The notes: generated by a model not told the origin, from the sequence alone. DNA of 64,000 bases from an uncultured Acidimicrobiia bacterium (GCA_963786955.1 CAWBAT010000009.1:64001-128000); one strand, 5' to 3'; shown: positions 22,289 through 32,692, counted from the first letter of the stretch. Numbers and translations: made by a program.

Positions 22289-24163
22289 ATGAAGAGAATA
22301 CAGTCTCAAGGGAACGGCTCACGCTCATACCATCCCGGGACGAGATACCTTTCTGCGCGCTCGCTGCTGGCACTCTGTTTCCTTGTTCTTATTGCATGTG
22401 GTCATGTTGCGCTGGCTGCCGAGTCGGGACAACAGAAGAACATCCTGGTCCTGTACAGCTTCTCCGACCGCGGCGTATTTGATCCGCTGGAACGTCTCAA
22501 GTCGGCGATTCGATCTCGTCTCAACTTGCCGGTGAATTTCTATGTGCATTACATGGAGGCACAAGGATTTGAAGATCCGAATTACGAACGGAGCCTGAGC
22601 GAAACTTTGAGCCACGAGTATAGTGGCGTGAAATTAGACTTAGTGATCGTCGCAGCCTATCCGGCGCTTCAATTCGCTGTGAGATATCGCGATCACATTT
22701 TCCCGGGTGTCCCAGTGCTATTCAGGTCTGTCCACGACGGCAGGTTAGAGGGCAAGCATTTATGGCCCGGTGTAACCGGAGTGACGATTTCCATAGGAGT
22801 TCGTGAAACATTAGACCTCTCCTTTAGACTTCATCCGGGCACGCAAATTCTCGCAGTTGTCACAGGGACCTCGGAATTTGAGAGGTACTGGCAGGCGGCG
22901 ATTCGTAATGAGTTCCGTCTGTATGCCGGCAAGGTGAAGCTCATCGAGATCGTGGGACTTCGGAATGACGAGATTCTCAAGCAGGTCGCCGTGCTTCCTG
23001 CTAACACCGTGGTTTTCTTTCAAGTTGCGCCCAGGGATTCGACGCAGCCTGAAGTCGGCGTCTATGACACTATGGCAGCGATCAGCCAGCGTTTCCCGAC
23101 ATACAGCATCTTTGGGAACTATTGCATTGATCATGGTGGTATTGGCGGGTCGTCTGCGGATAACGGTGAGCAAAGTTCGAAAACCGCCGAAATGGCCGCC
23201 CGACTCCTTTCTGGCGAGAAACCCGAGAACATCCCGGTCGCGCACGGCCCCGCGCCCCGCCCTATTGTCGATTGGCGCCAGCTTCGCCGGTGGAACATAC
23301 CCGAGTCGGCTCTTCCGCCCGCCACCATCGTTTTGTATCGCCAGCCAACGGCCTGGGGACGATACCAGAAGTACATCCTTGCCGGAGTCGCGGTGATCAT
23401 CCTCCAGTCTTTGTTGATCGCTGGATTGCTGTGGCATCGCGCCCAAAAGAGGTCTGCAACGGAAGATCTCAAAGCCCTTGGTGGGCGTTTACTTAATGCC
23501 CAAGAGGAAGAACGCACTCGCATCGCCAGGGAGCTTCACGACGACTTCAGTCAGCGATTGGCAGTTCAGTGTATTGAGCTCGAACAGCTACACAATGACC
23601 TCCCCGAGTCAGAAGCTGAGAAACGAGCCCGGGCATTGACAATACTGAAGGAGACAAAGGAAATGTCTGCGGACATTCGTTCTCTCTCTCATCAACTCCA
23701 TTCCAGTAGGCTGGAGCTTGTAGGACTAGTGCCGGCTCTCAGTGGTCTTTGTGAAGAAATCACTAAGAAATACAAGATCGCAGTTCGTTTTACGGAGCCT
23801 GAATTTCCTCCTAATCTCAGAAAGGATGTGGAACTGTGTCTATTCCGAGTCGCCCAGGAAGCGCTTGCCAACATCGTTAAGCATAGTCAGGCGAGTAGCG
23901 CGCACATTGAACTCCGTGCCAACGCGAATGGCGTCAGACTTCACATCTCGGATCCGGGCAAGGGATTTGACCCTGACTTGAAAAGAACGAGTGCAGGAAT
24001 CGGATTGATGAGTATGAGCGAGAGGCTGCGGCTTTTTGGTGGCAGGTTTTCGGTACATTCGGAACTCATGCGAGGGACAGAAGTTCTCGCCGAAATACCC
24101 ATCTCCGCCTCCGCGAAACAAGCACAAGCAACTAAGCACAAAGCGGGGGGGATGGAATCTTGA
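22289..24163 (+). CDS. Sensor histidine kinase (substrate-binding-like periplasmic domain, HisKA_3, HATPase)
   Basis: EERTRIARELHD, QEALANIVKHS and DPGKGF. Signal/TM segments flank a large extracytoplasmic domain. Confidence 0.92.
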   Translation: MKRIQSQGNGSRSYHPGTRYLSARSLLALCFLVLIACGHVALAAESGQQKNILVLYSFSDRGVFDPLERLKSAIRSRLNLPVNFYVHYMEAQGFEDPNYERSLSETLSHEYSGVKLDLVIVAAYPALQFAVRYRDHIFPGVPVLFRSVHDGRLEGKHLWPGVTGVTISIGVRETLDLSFRLHPGTQILAVVTGTSEFERYWQAAIRNEFRLYAGKVKLIEIVGLRNDEILKQVAVLPANTVVFFQVAPRDSTQPEVGVYDTMAAISQRFPTYSIFGNYCIDHGGIGGSSADNGEQSSKTAEMAARLLSGEKPENIPVAHGPAPRPIVDWRQLRRWNIPESALPPATIVLYRQPTAWGRYQKYILAGVAVIILQSLLIAGLLWHRAQKRSATEDLKALGGRLLNAQEEERTRIARELHDDFSQRLAVQCIELEQLHNDLPESEAEKRARALTILKETKEMSADIRSLSHQLHSSRLELVGLVPALSGLCEEITKKYKIAVRFTEPEFPPNLRKDVELCLFRVAQEALANIVKHSQASSAHIELRANANGVRLHISDPGKGFDPDLKRTSAGIGLMSMSERLRLFGGRFSVHSELMRGTEVLAEIPISASAKQAQATKHKAGGMES

Positions 24164-24799
24164 GTCGGCCACGTGTACTACTGGCAGATGACCATCGGAT
24201 GTTGACAGATGCGTTGAAGAGCCTTTTGGAGCCTCGTTGCGAAGTTGTGGGCACGGTGAGTGATGGGCGGGCACTTGTTGAGGCAGCGGGCAAATTGCAA
24301 CCTGACATCGTTGTGCTGGACATTGCCATGCCCTGTTTGAACGGGCTCGACGCTGCCAGACAACTCAAGGCCAAGCTGCCCAAATTAAAACTTATCTTCA
24401 TGACCATGCATGAAGACCCTTATCTTGTGGGGGGAGGCCTTTCGGGCCGGTGGCTCTGCATTTCTACTGAAGGAGGCGGCAGCGTCAGAGCTGGCCGCTG
24501 CGCTTGACCAAGTCTTGAAAGGCAGTTCCTACGTAACACCAAGCGCCGCCGAAAGCTTGACCACTATCTCCCTGCGCGACCCTAAGAACCGGCACCATGC
24601 CCCGCAACCCACTGCTCGACAGCGGGAAGTCATTCAACTATTGGCGGAAGGATTCTCCATGAAGGAAGTAGCCGACGCGTTGAAAATCTCCATTCGAACC
24701 GTGGCGGGGCACAAATACGCCGTTATGGAACTCCTGCAATTGAAGACCAACGCCGAACTGGTCCAATACGCCATCAAGCACAGCATCATCTCGATCTAA
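24160..24799 (+). pseudogene. NarL/LuxR-family response regulator split by a +1 frameshift
   Basis: REC domain (LADDH, VLDIAMP) in one frame; the rest and the HTH (RQREVIQLLAEG) in another. The junction is at a G6 run near 24429-24434. Confidence 0.8.
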
Positions 24800-24918
24800 C
24801 TAGCTTCAGCGAATTTTCCTGCCGCACCGTCAGAACTACCTATAGACAACCTCCTCGATCGCGCGTAAGGTCGGTCCGCGCGCAAATAAAGTGACCTCCA
24901 AGCAAAAAGGTATTCTGG

Positions 24919-25392
24919 ATGCCAAATATGCCCCGAAACTCTGTTCCCGGGGAGGAACTGATAAACAGCTCAGGTGTGCTCTCAGCGCTGCCAAGGCGAG
25001 TACTCGTGGTGGATGATCAGCCTCGCATATTGGAATTAGTAGCCGCAATGTTGAGGAAGTCATTCGATGTCGTTGGCTTGGTCTCCGACGGGCCAGCGGC
25101 TCTGGATGCCACGCTGATGCTCGATCCCGATCTGGTCGTCTTGGACATTTCAATGCCAGGTATTAGCGGGATAGAAGTCGCCAGGGAACTCAGAAAACGC
25201 GCGAGTACCGCCAAGATCGTCTTTATCACGGGTCATGAGGACTCTCAGATTGTGGCGAGTTGCCTTGCGGCGGGTGGACTTGGCTTTGTCGTGAAACAGC
25301 TCATGAATAGCGACCTGATTCCCGCCATGAATGAAGCTCTTGCTGGTCGGGTATTCGTCTCCCGTTTCTCTTCTGAGCAAGCATCGCCTTAA
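24919..25392 (+). CDS. Stand-alone response regulator receiver protein
   Basis: VLVVDD, VLDISMPG, FITGH and FVVK. No output domain. Confidence 0.88.
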   Translation: MPNMPRNSVPGEELINSSGVLSALPRRVLVVDDQPRILELVAAMLRKSFDVVGLVSDGPAALDATLMLDPDLVVLDISMPGISGIEVARELRKRASTAKIVFITGHEDSQIVASCLAAGGLGFVVKQLMNSDLIPAMNEALAGRVFVSRFSSEQASP

Positions 25393-25539
25393 GGACAAAG
25401 AGTGATTTTCCAAACGTAGTCCAGAGCATGGGATCATGAAAGGGGCAGCAGACCAGGCAAGACTGGGAAAGAGGGTGCCTCCGGGGAGCGAGTGACGGCG
25501 GTCACCCGCGACCGCGGCCCTGGGTTTTGAAAAAGGGCT

Positions 25540-25589
25540 GGGTGGTGAAGACATGCGTCGTATGCATGTCTTCGAATAACAGTGCCTGG
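25540..25589 (+). repeat. GGGTGG-hairpin REP-like repeat
   Basis: GGGTGG-T-GAAGACATGC-gtcgtat-GCATGTCTTC, a perfect 10-bp stem. Confidence 0.7.
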
Positions 25590-25631
25590 TGGCCATGCAG
25601 ATCTCTTTACGCGAGGAGTGGATGTTTTCAT

Positions 25632-25785
25632 TGCGAAATGCGGATTGCGAATTGAAGAACGGTTCATCGGTTTCATTCCCGTTATGACCAACGGGTTTTC
25701 TGGTTTGGATGATGAGCCTAGCTGGGCTCTCGAGTCATGAGTGATACTTCAAATCCGAAATCGACAACCCGAAATCTGCAATTCA
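25632..25785. repeat. Inverted degenerate heptamer tracts
   Basis: TGCGAAA TGCGGAT TGCGAAT ... AAATCCG AAATCGA CAACCCG AAATCTG CAATTCA. Confidence 0.55.
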
Positions 25786-26000
25786 ACTGCCCACGGCTCA
25801 CACAAAACACCCGCCGTAGCACCCCTAGGAAGGAATTTGCACGGATGGGTTTTAAAGTTCAATGAGTTTAAAGGAGCCCTGTGAAGGGAGGTGAGAAGTC
25901 ATCTAGGAGCCCATATTAGACAATCAACGGGTGTTGAAGAAAACGAAACAGCAAACAAATTGAGGTCGTAATAAAGCGAAAGAGAAACTGAGGAGAGAAA

Positions 26001-27647
26001 ATGAAAAACCTTACAGAAATTCGATCGATGCTATTTATTTTGGTTGCGGTTGTGGCGCTGGCAGCAGGGCCGGCCGCAGCGCAGAAGAAACCCAATATCC
26101 TTTTTATCGTATCCGACGACACCGGCTACGGCGACCTCGGGCCCTATGGCGGCGGCGTTGGACGTGGCATGCCCACTCCTAACGTTGACCGGCTGGCAAA
26201 AAATGGCATGCAGTTCTGGTCGTTTTACGCTCAACCAAGTTGCACGCCGGGCCGTGCGGCAATGCAGACCGGACGCATCCCGAATCGCAGCGGCATGACC
26301 ACAGTGGCCTTCCAGGGCCAGGGCGGCGGACTGCCGGCGGCGGAGTGGACGCTCGGATCAGTGCTCAAGACCGCCGGCTACAAGACCTACTTCACCGGCA
26401 AGTGGCATCTCGGCGAAGCGGACTATGCGCTGCCCAATGCGCAAGGCTATGACGTGATGAAGCACGCCTTCCTTTACCACTGTAACGCTTACACCTATGG
26501 CGACCCGGAGTGGTTTCCTGACATGGACCCAAAGCTCCGCGAGATGTTCAACAAGGTGACGAAGGGTTCGATGTCCGGCAACGCGGGCCAACCGGCGAAG
26601 GAGGACTTCAAGGTCAACGGGCAATACGTGGACACGCCGGAAAAGGGCCTCATCGGCATTCCATTCATGGACAAATATGTTGCGCAATCCGGGATGGAGT
26701 TCCTGGAGGATGCGGCGAAGAACCCGGACAAGCCCTTCTTCATCAACATCAACTTCATGAAGGTTCACCAGCCGAACATGCCGGCGCCTGAGTTTATCCA
26801 CAAATCCATGTCAAAGAGCAAGTATGCCGACTCGGTTGTGGAACTCGATGCGCATATCGGGATGATCATGGACAAGCTGCACGCGCTCGGTTTGGACAAG
26901 AACACCCTCGTGTTCTACACGACCGATAACGGCGCGTGGCAGGATGTCTACCCAGATGCCGGTTACACGCCGTTTCGCGGCACCAAGGGAACGGTGCGCG
27001 AAGGCGGCAGTCGTGTACCCGCATTCGCCGTTTGGCCTGGTAAGATCGCGCCCAGCTCATCAAGCCACGACATCGTCGGAGGTCTGGACATAATGGCGAC
27101 GTTTGCCTCCGTGGCCGGTGTGAAGTTGCCGGAAAAGGATCGCGAAGGCGTGCCGATCATCTTCGACAGCTACGACATGACACCGCTTCTGACTGGCACC
27201 GGCAAGTGCGCCCGCAATTCTTGGTTCTACTTCACCGAGAACGAACTCTCGCCTGGGGCCACACGCGTCGGCAATTACAAGGCGTGCTTTAATCTGCGCG
27301 GCGACGACGGCGCACAGACCGGCGGCCTCGCAGTGGATTCCAACCTCGGTTGGAAGGGCGCGGAAAAGTACGTTGCGATTGTGCCGCAGGTGTTCGACCT
27401 GTGGCAGGACCCGCAGGAGCGCTACGATATCTTCATGAACAACTACACTGAGAGAACCTGGACGATGGTGACGATCAGCCAGGCAATTCAAGACCTGATG
27501 AAGACTTACGTTCAGTATCCGCCCCGCAAGATGCAGAGCGAGGGATACAATGGCCCGATCACACTTTCGGGTTATGAGAAGTTCGAGTGGATGAGGGAAC
27601 AACTCAAGAAAGGTGGCGTCAACCTAGCGTTACCGACGGGCAACTAG
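26001..27647 (+). CDS. Arylsulfatase (Cys-type, secreted)
   Basis: Signal peptide, KPNILFIVSDD, SCTPGRAAMQTGR, GKWHLG and TDNG. Confidence 0.95.
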   Translation: MKNLTEIRSMLFILVAVVALAAGPAAAQKKPNILFIVSDDTGYGDLGPYGGGVGRGMPTPNVDRLAKNGMQFWSFYAQPSCTPGRAAMQTGRIPNRSGMTTVAFQGQGGGLPAAEWTLGSVLKTAGYKTYFTGKWHLGEADYALPNAQGYDVMKHAFLYHCNAYTYGDPEWFPDMDPKLREMFNKVTKGSMSGNAGQPAKEDFKVNGQYVDTPEKGLIGIPFMDKYVAQSGMEFLEDAAKNPDKPFFININFMKVHQPNMPAPEFIHKSMSKSKYADSVVELDAHIGMIMDKLHALGLDKNTLVFYTTDNGAWQDVYPDAGYTPFRGTKGTVREGGSRVPAFAVWPGKIAPSSSSHDIVGGLDIMATFASVAGVKLPEKDREGVPIIFDSYDMTPLLTGTGKCARNSWFYFTENELSPGATRVGNYKACFNLRGDDGAQTGGLAVDSNLGWKGAEKYVAIVPQVFDLWQDPQERYDIFMNNYTERTWTMVTISQAIQDLMKTYVQYPPRKMQSEGYNGPITLSGYEKFEWMREQLKKGGVNLALPTGN

Positions 27648-27670
27648 CCGGCCACTTCGGTTGTGAAACG

Positions 27671-27707
27671 CGCGGGCCGCGAGTCTCCGAACCGGATGCG
27701 GCCCGCG
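27671..27707 (+). other. GC-rich hairpin after the sulfatase
   Basis: CGCGGGCCGC / GCGGCCCGCG, a perfect 10-bp inverted repeat without an adjacent T tract. Confidence 0.45.
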
Positions 27708-27830
27708 AACTTGGGATTGATCTCGCCTATTTTTGCTTTTAATTAGTGATCGAAGGACATTCTCTGCTTTTGTGGAGGTCGAGCACCGGTGCATCGCCTT
27801 TACACTCGACGGCGCCGCAAGAGTAAATTC

Positions 27831-28538
27831 GTGATCCACTTTCAGCGGGCATGCCTGAGAATTGCATTGTTATTCTTCAACGCATGCATTCCTGTCTGCG
27901 CCCAATCCGTTCAGTTCGTGCCGGAGATTGACGGCCATCTTAAGCTCAATTCCGTCTTGCGAGCTTATCTGGAGGCCAAAGATGACCGGGATGCGGGCTC
28001 GCCAGACCAGTTCGGAATCGGTCCAAGTATTCAGCTCTATTTGAAACCCCTACTGAAACTGAAAGACATTACGGCATTTGACCTGGACGATTCAAAAAAA
28101 AGAACCTTGGTTTTGGAAACGGGATTCCGCCACATCATCGCTCCAAATGCGCGGTCGACAAACCGCATGCTCACAATGCTGACCTTTCACTTTCCGATTA
28201 AAGCGGGATTTCTAATTTCCGACAGGAACCGAGCGGACCTGGACTGGAAAAACGGAGAATTCACCTGGCGCTATCGGAATAAGCTGACGCTCGAACGCAC
28301 CTTTGCGATCCATTCCTATCATCTCATCCCGTATGTCGCTGCGGAACCCTATTACGAGAGCCAGTACGACAAATGGAGCACGACCGCCTTCTATGCCGGT
28401 TGCTTGTTCCCCGTGGGCAAACACGTTCAATTCAACGCCTACTATGAGCACGAAAACAACACGGGGAAAAGTCCTAATCAACAACAGAATGCCATTGGCC
28501 TGGCGCTCTATCTCTATTTTTCGATGGAAAAGAAATGA
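27831..28538 (+). CDS. Outer-membrane beta-barrel protein (DUF2490-like)
   Basis: Signal peptide, alternating beta pattern, WRYRNKL and an aromatic C-terminal strand (LALYLYF). Confidence 0.7.
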   Translation: MIHFQRACLRIALLFFNACIPVCAQSVQFVPEIDGHLKLNSVLRAYLEAKDDRDAGSPDQFGIGPSIQLYLKPLLKLKDITAFDLDDSKKRTLVLETGFRHIIAPNARSTNRMLTMLTFHFPIKAGFLISDRNRADLDWKNGEFTWRYRNKLTLERTFAIHSYHLIPYVAAEPYYESQYDKWSTTAFYAGCLFPVGKHVQFNAYYEHENNTGKSPNQQQNAIGLALYLYFSMEKK

Positions 28539-28608
28539 AGACTCAATTCATGAAAAGGCACCGATGAGATAACGCGAAAACGTGAGAAAGTTCTCTAGCG
28601 AGTCGCGC

Positions 28609-28658
28609 GGGTGGCGAAGACATGTGTCGTTTACATGTCTTCGAACAGAGTTGCCAGG
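28609..28658 (+). repeat. GGGTGG-hairpin REP-like repeat
   Basis: GGGTGG-CGAAGACATGT-gtcgttt-ACATGTCTTCG, a perfect 11-bp stem. Confidence 0.7.
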
Positions 28659-28930
28659 GAGAGGGACATCCCCCTTAAACGGGGAATACCTCGCAGGGTG
28701 GCTTTCCGCGTTTCTGTGTTTACACCTCTTTTTATTCTGTGCTAGGCTGCGCCAACTTTGCATCTAGGATATTTCGATGAATGAGCGAAGGGGTAGCCTG
28801 TTTTCGTTTTTGTCATTGCCAGAGTTCTCGTTTCCGATCACACTCCATTCATTGCGCAGCGTGTGGAGGCCTCTCGCTTCCACTTCTTGAAGCAAAGGAA
28901 ATCACATCAACTCCTTCCAGGATATTGCCC

Positions 28931-31900
28931 GTGCTAAAGCTTAAGCGAATTCAGATTCAGGGATTTAAATCATTTGCAGACAAAGTGGAGATGGTCTTTG
29001 AGGACAACGGGATCACCGCCATTGTGGGTCCCAACGGTTGCGGGAAAAGCAATATTTCCGATGCCATTGCCTGGGTCTTAGGAGAGCAGAGCGCCAAATC
29101 ACTCCGGGGCGGCCGGATGGAAGACGTGATCTTTAATGGAACTCGCGCCCGACTACCGCTGGGCTTCGCGGAAGTCATTCTGACTCTGGCGGATCCAGAA
29201 GTGCTGAAAGAAGCCAATGCCGACAACGCACAGACCGCAGCGGCTCAACTTCCTATGCCCCTCCAGGCCACCGCGGACCCGTTCGAAGAGTCTGCTGCTG
29301 AAAGCGAGGAGGAGATCCCGAGGGAGACCACCCTTGCCGGAGGAGCCGGCACGGCGGTACTCGTTCGGCGGAAACGCCGGCCGAAGTTTCAGCCCAAACC
29401 TGGAGAGCTGGTGGTTTCACGCCGCCTTTTTCGCTCCGGCGAAAGCGAATATCTTCTAAACGGGAAAATTGTTCGCTTACGCGACGTTCAAGATATCTTC
29501 TTCGGGACGGGTCTTGGGCCGGATACTTATGCCATTATCGAACAGGGACGGGTGGGACTGATTCTCAGCTCAAAACCCTCTGACCGGCGCGCCCTCATAG
29601 AAGAAGCCGCGGGCATTACCAAGTTTAAGACCAAACGCAAACTGGCTGAATCCAAGCTCGAACAAGCCAAGCAAAACTTGCTTCGCGTCAATGACATTAC
29701 CGAAGAAGTTTCTCGCCAGCTCGGCTCTTTGAAGCGTCAGGCCGCCAAGGCCAGACGTTATCGGGAACTTCGTGACCAATTTCGCGAGCTTTCTCGCCAA
29801 TTGTTTCGAGAGCGCGCCCAAATTCTTAATGATTCTCTGCAGTTAAACCAACAGCAGTTGGATGCCGCATCAGACCAGTATTCCTCAAAGCACGCGGAAA
29901 TCGAAAATCAAGAAGGCCGTTATCGCGAAAACAATGCCCAAATCTATAAGGTCGAAACCCAGCTGACAGCGCTTCGCAAACAACTCGCGGCGCTTAATTT
30001 AGAAGTGGAACGCGGCCAACAGCGTATTCATTTTCAAAAGGAGCAGTTGACTGAACTGGATGCCCGGTCTCAAGACAATGATCGTGAAATCGCTCATCTC
30101 GACATGCAGGAAACTCAATATCAGAATGAGATTCTCGCAAAACAGCAGGCGGTTGAAGAGGCGGCGGGGCAGTTTGAACGGCTGCAACAGGAATTTCTTT
30201 CTCAAAACTCCAATTATCAACTGATCCAATCCAAGGTCCAGGAGATGGAAGTCTCTCAGGAGACAAATCAGCGAAAACTATTGGATTGCGTGAGCCTGGC
30301 TGCAACCCAGCGTAATCAAATCGAACAATTAGATGAATTGGAAACTCGATTAGACAATCAACTCAAGCGGTTAGAGCAGGAGGTTCAAGACTCGGTTCTG
30401 GCCAGAGGACGCCTGTTCGAGGAAAAGCAGGTCTCACAACTTCGCGAAAAAGAAGCCGATCAGCGGTTACGGGAGCTCAAGGGAGAGATTTCAGCAGAGA
30501 GCGCCACCCTTTCCGGCCTCAAGGAAGAGTCCACCGCGGCCCAGCAAATTTTGCTGGAGCAGAAAGACCAGATGAACGCGTCTACCCACCGTTTAAAATC
30601 CCTCGAAGACCTGGACGCTCATCACGCGTACACGTCTGAAGCTGTCCGCATGCTTTTAGCGCAGACTCAAGAAGAGTCGACGACGCATTTCCAGACCCCC
30701 GGTATCCTGGCAGACTTGGTGGAAGTCGAAAGCCCATACGAGGCGGTCGTTGAGGCTTTTCTGAAACAGGAATTAGAATATATTCTGGTCGAGTCCGATG
30801 AGCGGGTCAATGAAGGCATCCAGTTGCTTAAGGAGAAGAGTGCGGGTCGTTCCACATTCTTAGTTTACGGTGAGGGCTCCACTCCCCACACGGACTTCAG
30901 ATTGGATGAGCAGGCCAACGCAGCCCTTCAGGCAGACGAGACCCTCGTTCCGCTGAGAGCAATCGTAAAGCTTCCCGATTCCTTCGAAACAGCGATTCGA
31001 GAGGGCATGTTTCATCTGGCGCAGGCATTTATCGCTTCCAGCTATGCCCAAGCCGGCAAACTGGCCCGCAAATTCCCGGGCCTGATATTTCTTTCTCCGG
31101 ATGGAGAAGTGGCCCGGGGACGCCTGATCACAGGCGGAGGGAAACCGCCCAGTGGGCATTTTTCTCTCAAACGCGAAATTCGCGAACTGGGCCGGAAAAT
31201 CGGGCAACTGGAGAAGTCGATCGTCACCGTTGAAGAAAAACATCAAGCTTTGCAGGAATCCATCCACTCGGGTGAAGCCCGGTTGACAGAGTTCAAAGAC
31301 AAAGCACAAGAGCTGGAAAAAGAGCTTTTCGCTGTCGACTTGCGCTTTAAACAGATTCTCGGTGAGATCGAGACCCTGGGACAGCGTCATCACCTCGCCC
31401 AACTGGAGTTGCAGCGAACCGAAGTCGAAAAGGGCCAAGTCCAGATACGCCGAACTCAATATCAATCCGATATTGAGAGCGCTGATGCCGAGCGACTTGA
31501 TATTGAAACTCAAATCGGCACTCAACAGGAGGCCTTAAAACAGCTCAAGGAGCAGGCCAATATCGAAGCCCAAAATCTAGGCGAACTCCGCTCCGAGCTC
31601 GCCACTTTTCGAGAAAGGAAGCAAGCTGCTGAAGTTGAGTTGTCCCGGCTTACAGCCAGCTTAAGCGAATGCTCCGATCGGAAAATCCGCCTTGAAGCCC
31701 AGAAGGCCGGGTGGAAAGCTCAATCCCTCGACATTCAAGCTGCGATTGAGCAGGTTGAGCAAGCGCTCTTTAATCAGGCGGTCCAAAAGGCCTCCCTGGA
31801 AGCCGAAATACGCTCCGCCGAGACTTCCTTGAATGAAGCGCGGATTCTCCAACAGGAGATTGAAGAAGAATTGAAAAAACTACGCCTTGAATTAGAGCAG

Positions 31901-32692
31901 CTCCAGAGCCTGCGGACTGGTTACGAAATTGAGCGAGCTCGACTCAGTTCAGACCACAACCACTTAGAAGAAACCTGCCTGACTGAACTCGGGATCAGAC
32001 TGTCTGAGATTCAGCAGGAAGCAAGTGAACGTTTGGTTGAAGCTCAATTCAATGAACTCAATACCCAATACCTGGAACTCAAACAGAAGATTGAAGCTAT
32101 GGGCCCCGTCAATATGATGGCTTTAGAGGAGTATCAGGAGTGTGAACAGCGATTCCAGTTCCTCACGACTCAGCGGCAGGACTTGATCGATTCCATCGAG
32201 GATACCACTGCGGCGATTCGCGAAATTGATCAGGTTTCTCGCGAGCAGTTTCGTGAGGCTTTCACTTCGATCAATGCCAACTTTCAAGAAACCTTCCGAA
32301 CCCTGTTTGGAGGCGGGCATGGAGAAATGAAACTGCTGGACGAGTCCGATGAACTGGAGAGTGGCATTGAGATTATCGCCCAACCTCCCGGGAAACGTCT
32401 GCAAAATGTCTTACTTCTCTCCGGAGGTGAAAAGGCACTCACCGCCATTGCGCTGCTGCTTGCCATTTTCAGATTCCAGCCGAGCCCATTCTGTGTCCTG
32501 GATGAGGTGGATGCCCCGCTAGACGAGGTCAACACGGGACGTTATGCACAGATGATCAAATCGATGAGCTTCAATACCCAATTTCTTCTGATTACCCATA
32601 GCAAGAAAACAATGGAAGTCTGTGACACCCTATATGGTGTAACGATGCAAGAGGCGGGTGTATCTAAGATTGTGTCCGTGCAGTTCCAGTAG
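28931..32692 (+). CDS. smc: Chromosome segregation protein SMC
   Basis: GFKSFA, GPNGCGKSN, coiled coils, hinge, LSGGEK and LDEVDAPLD. Confidence 0.97.
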   Translation: MLKLKRIQIQGFKSFADKVEMVFEDNGITAIVGPNGCGKSNISDAIAWVLGEQSAKSLRGGRMEDVIFNGTRARLPLGFAEVILTLADPEVLKEANADNAQTAAAQLPMPLQATADPFEESAAESEEEIPRETTLAGGAGTAVLVRRKRRPKFQPKPGELVVSRRLFRSGESEYLLNGKIVRLRDVQDIFFGTGLGPDTYAIIEQGRVGLILSSKPSDRRALIEEAAGITKFKTKRKLAESKLEQAKQNLLRVNDITEEVSRQLGSLKRQAAKARRYRELRDQFRELSRQLFRERAQILNDSLQLNQQQLDAASDQYSSKHAEIENQEGRYRENNAQIYKVETQLTALRKQLAALNLEVERGQQRIHFQKEQLTELDARSQDNDREIAHLDMQETQYQNEILAKQQAVEEAAGQFERLQQEFLSQNSNYQLIQSKVQEMEVSQETNQRKLLDCVSLAATQRNQIEQLDELETRLDNQLKRLEQEVQDSVLARGRLFEEKQVSQLREKEADQRLRELKGEISAESATLSGLKEESTAAQQILLEQKDQMNASTHRLKSLEDLDAHHAYTSEAVRMLLAQTQEESTTHFQTPGILADLVEVESPYEAVVEAFLKQELEYILVESDERVNEGIQLLKEKSAGRSTFLVYGEGSTPHTDFRLDEQANAALQADETLVPLRAIVKLPDSFETAIREGMFHLAQAFIASSYAQAGKLARKFPGLIFLSPDGEVARGRLITGGGKPPSGHFSLKREIRELGRKIGQLEKSIVTVEEKHQALQESIHSGEARLTEFKDKAQELEKELFAVDLRFKQILGEIETLGQRHHLAQLELQRTEVEKGQVQIRRTQYQSDIESADAERLDIETQIGTQQEALKQLKEQANIEAQNLGELRSELATFRERKQAAEVELSRLTASLSECSDRKIRLEAQKAGWKAQSLDIQAAIEQVEQALFNQAVQKASLEAEIRSAETSLNEARILQQEIEEELKKLRLELEQLQSLRTGYEIERARLSSDHNHLEETCLTELGIRLSEIQQEASERLVEAQFNELNTQYLELKQKIEAMGPVNMMALEEYQECEQRFQFLTTQRQDLIDSIEDTTAAIREIDQVSREQFREAFTSINANFQETFRTLFGGGHGEMKLLDESDELESGIEIIAQPPGKRLQNVLLLSGGEKALTAIALLLAIFRFQPSPFCVLDEVDAPLDEVNTGRYAQMIKSMSFNTQFLLITHSKKTMEVCDTLYGVTMQEAGVSKIVSVQFQ

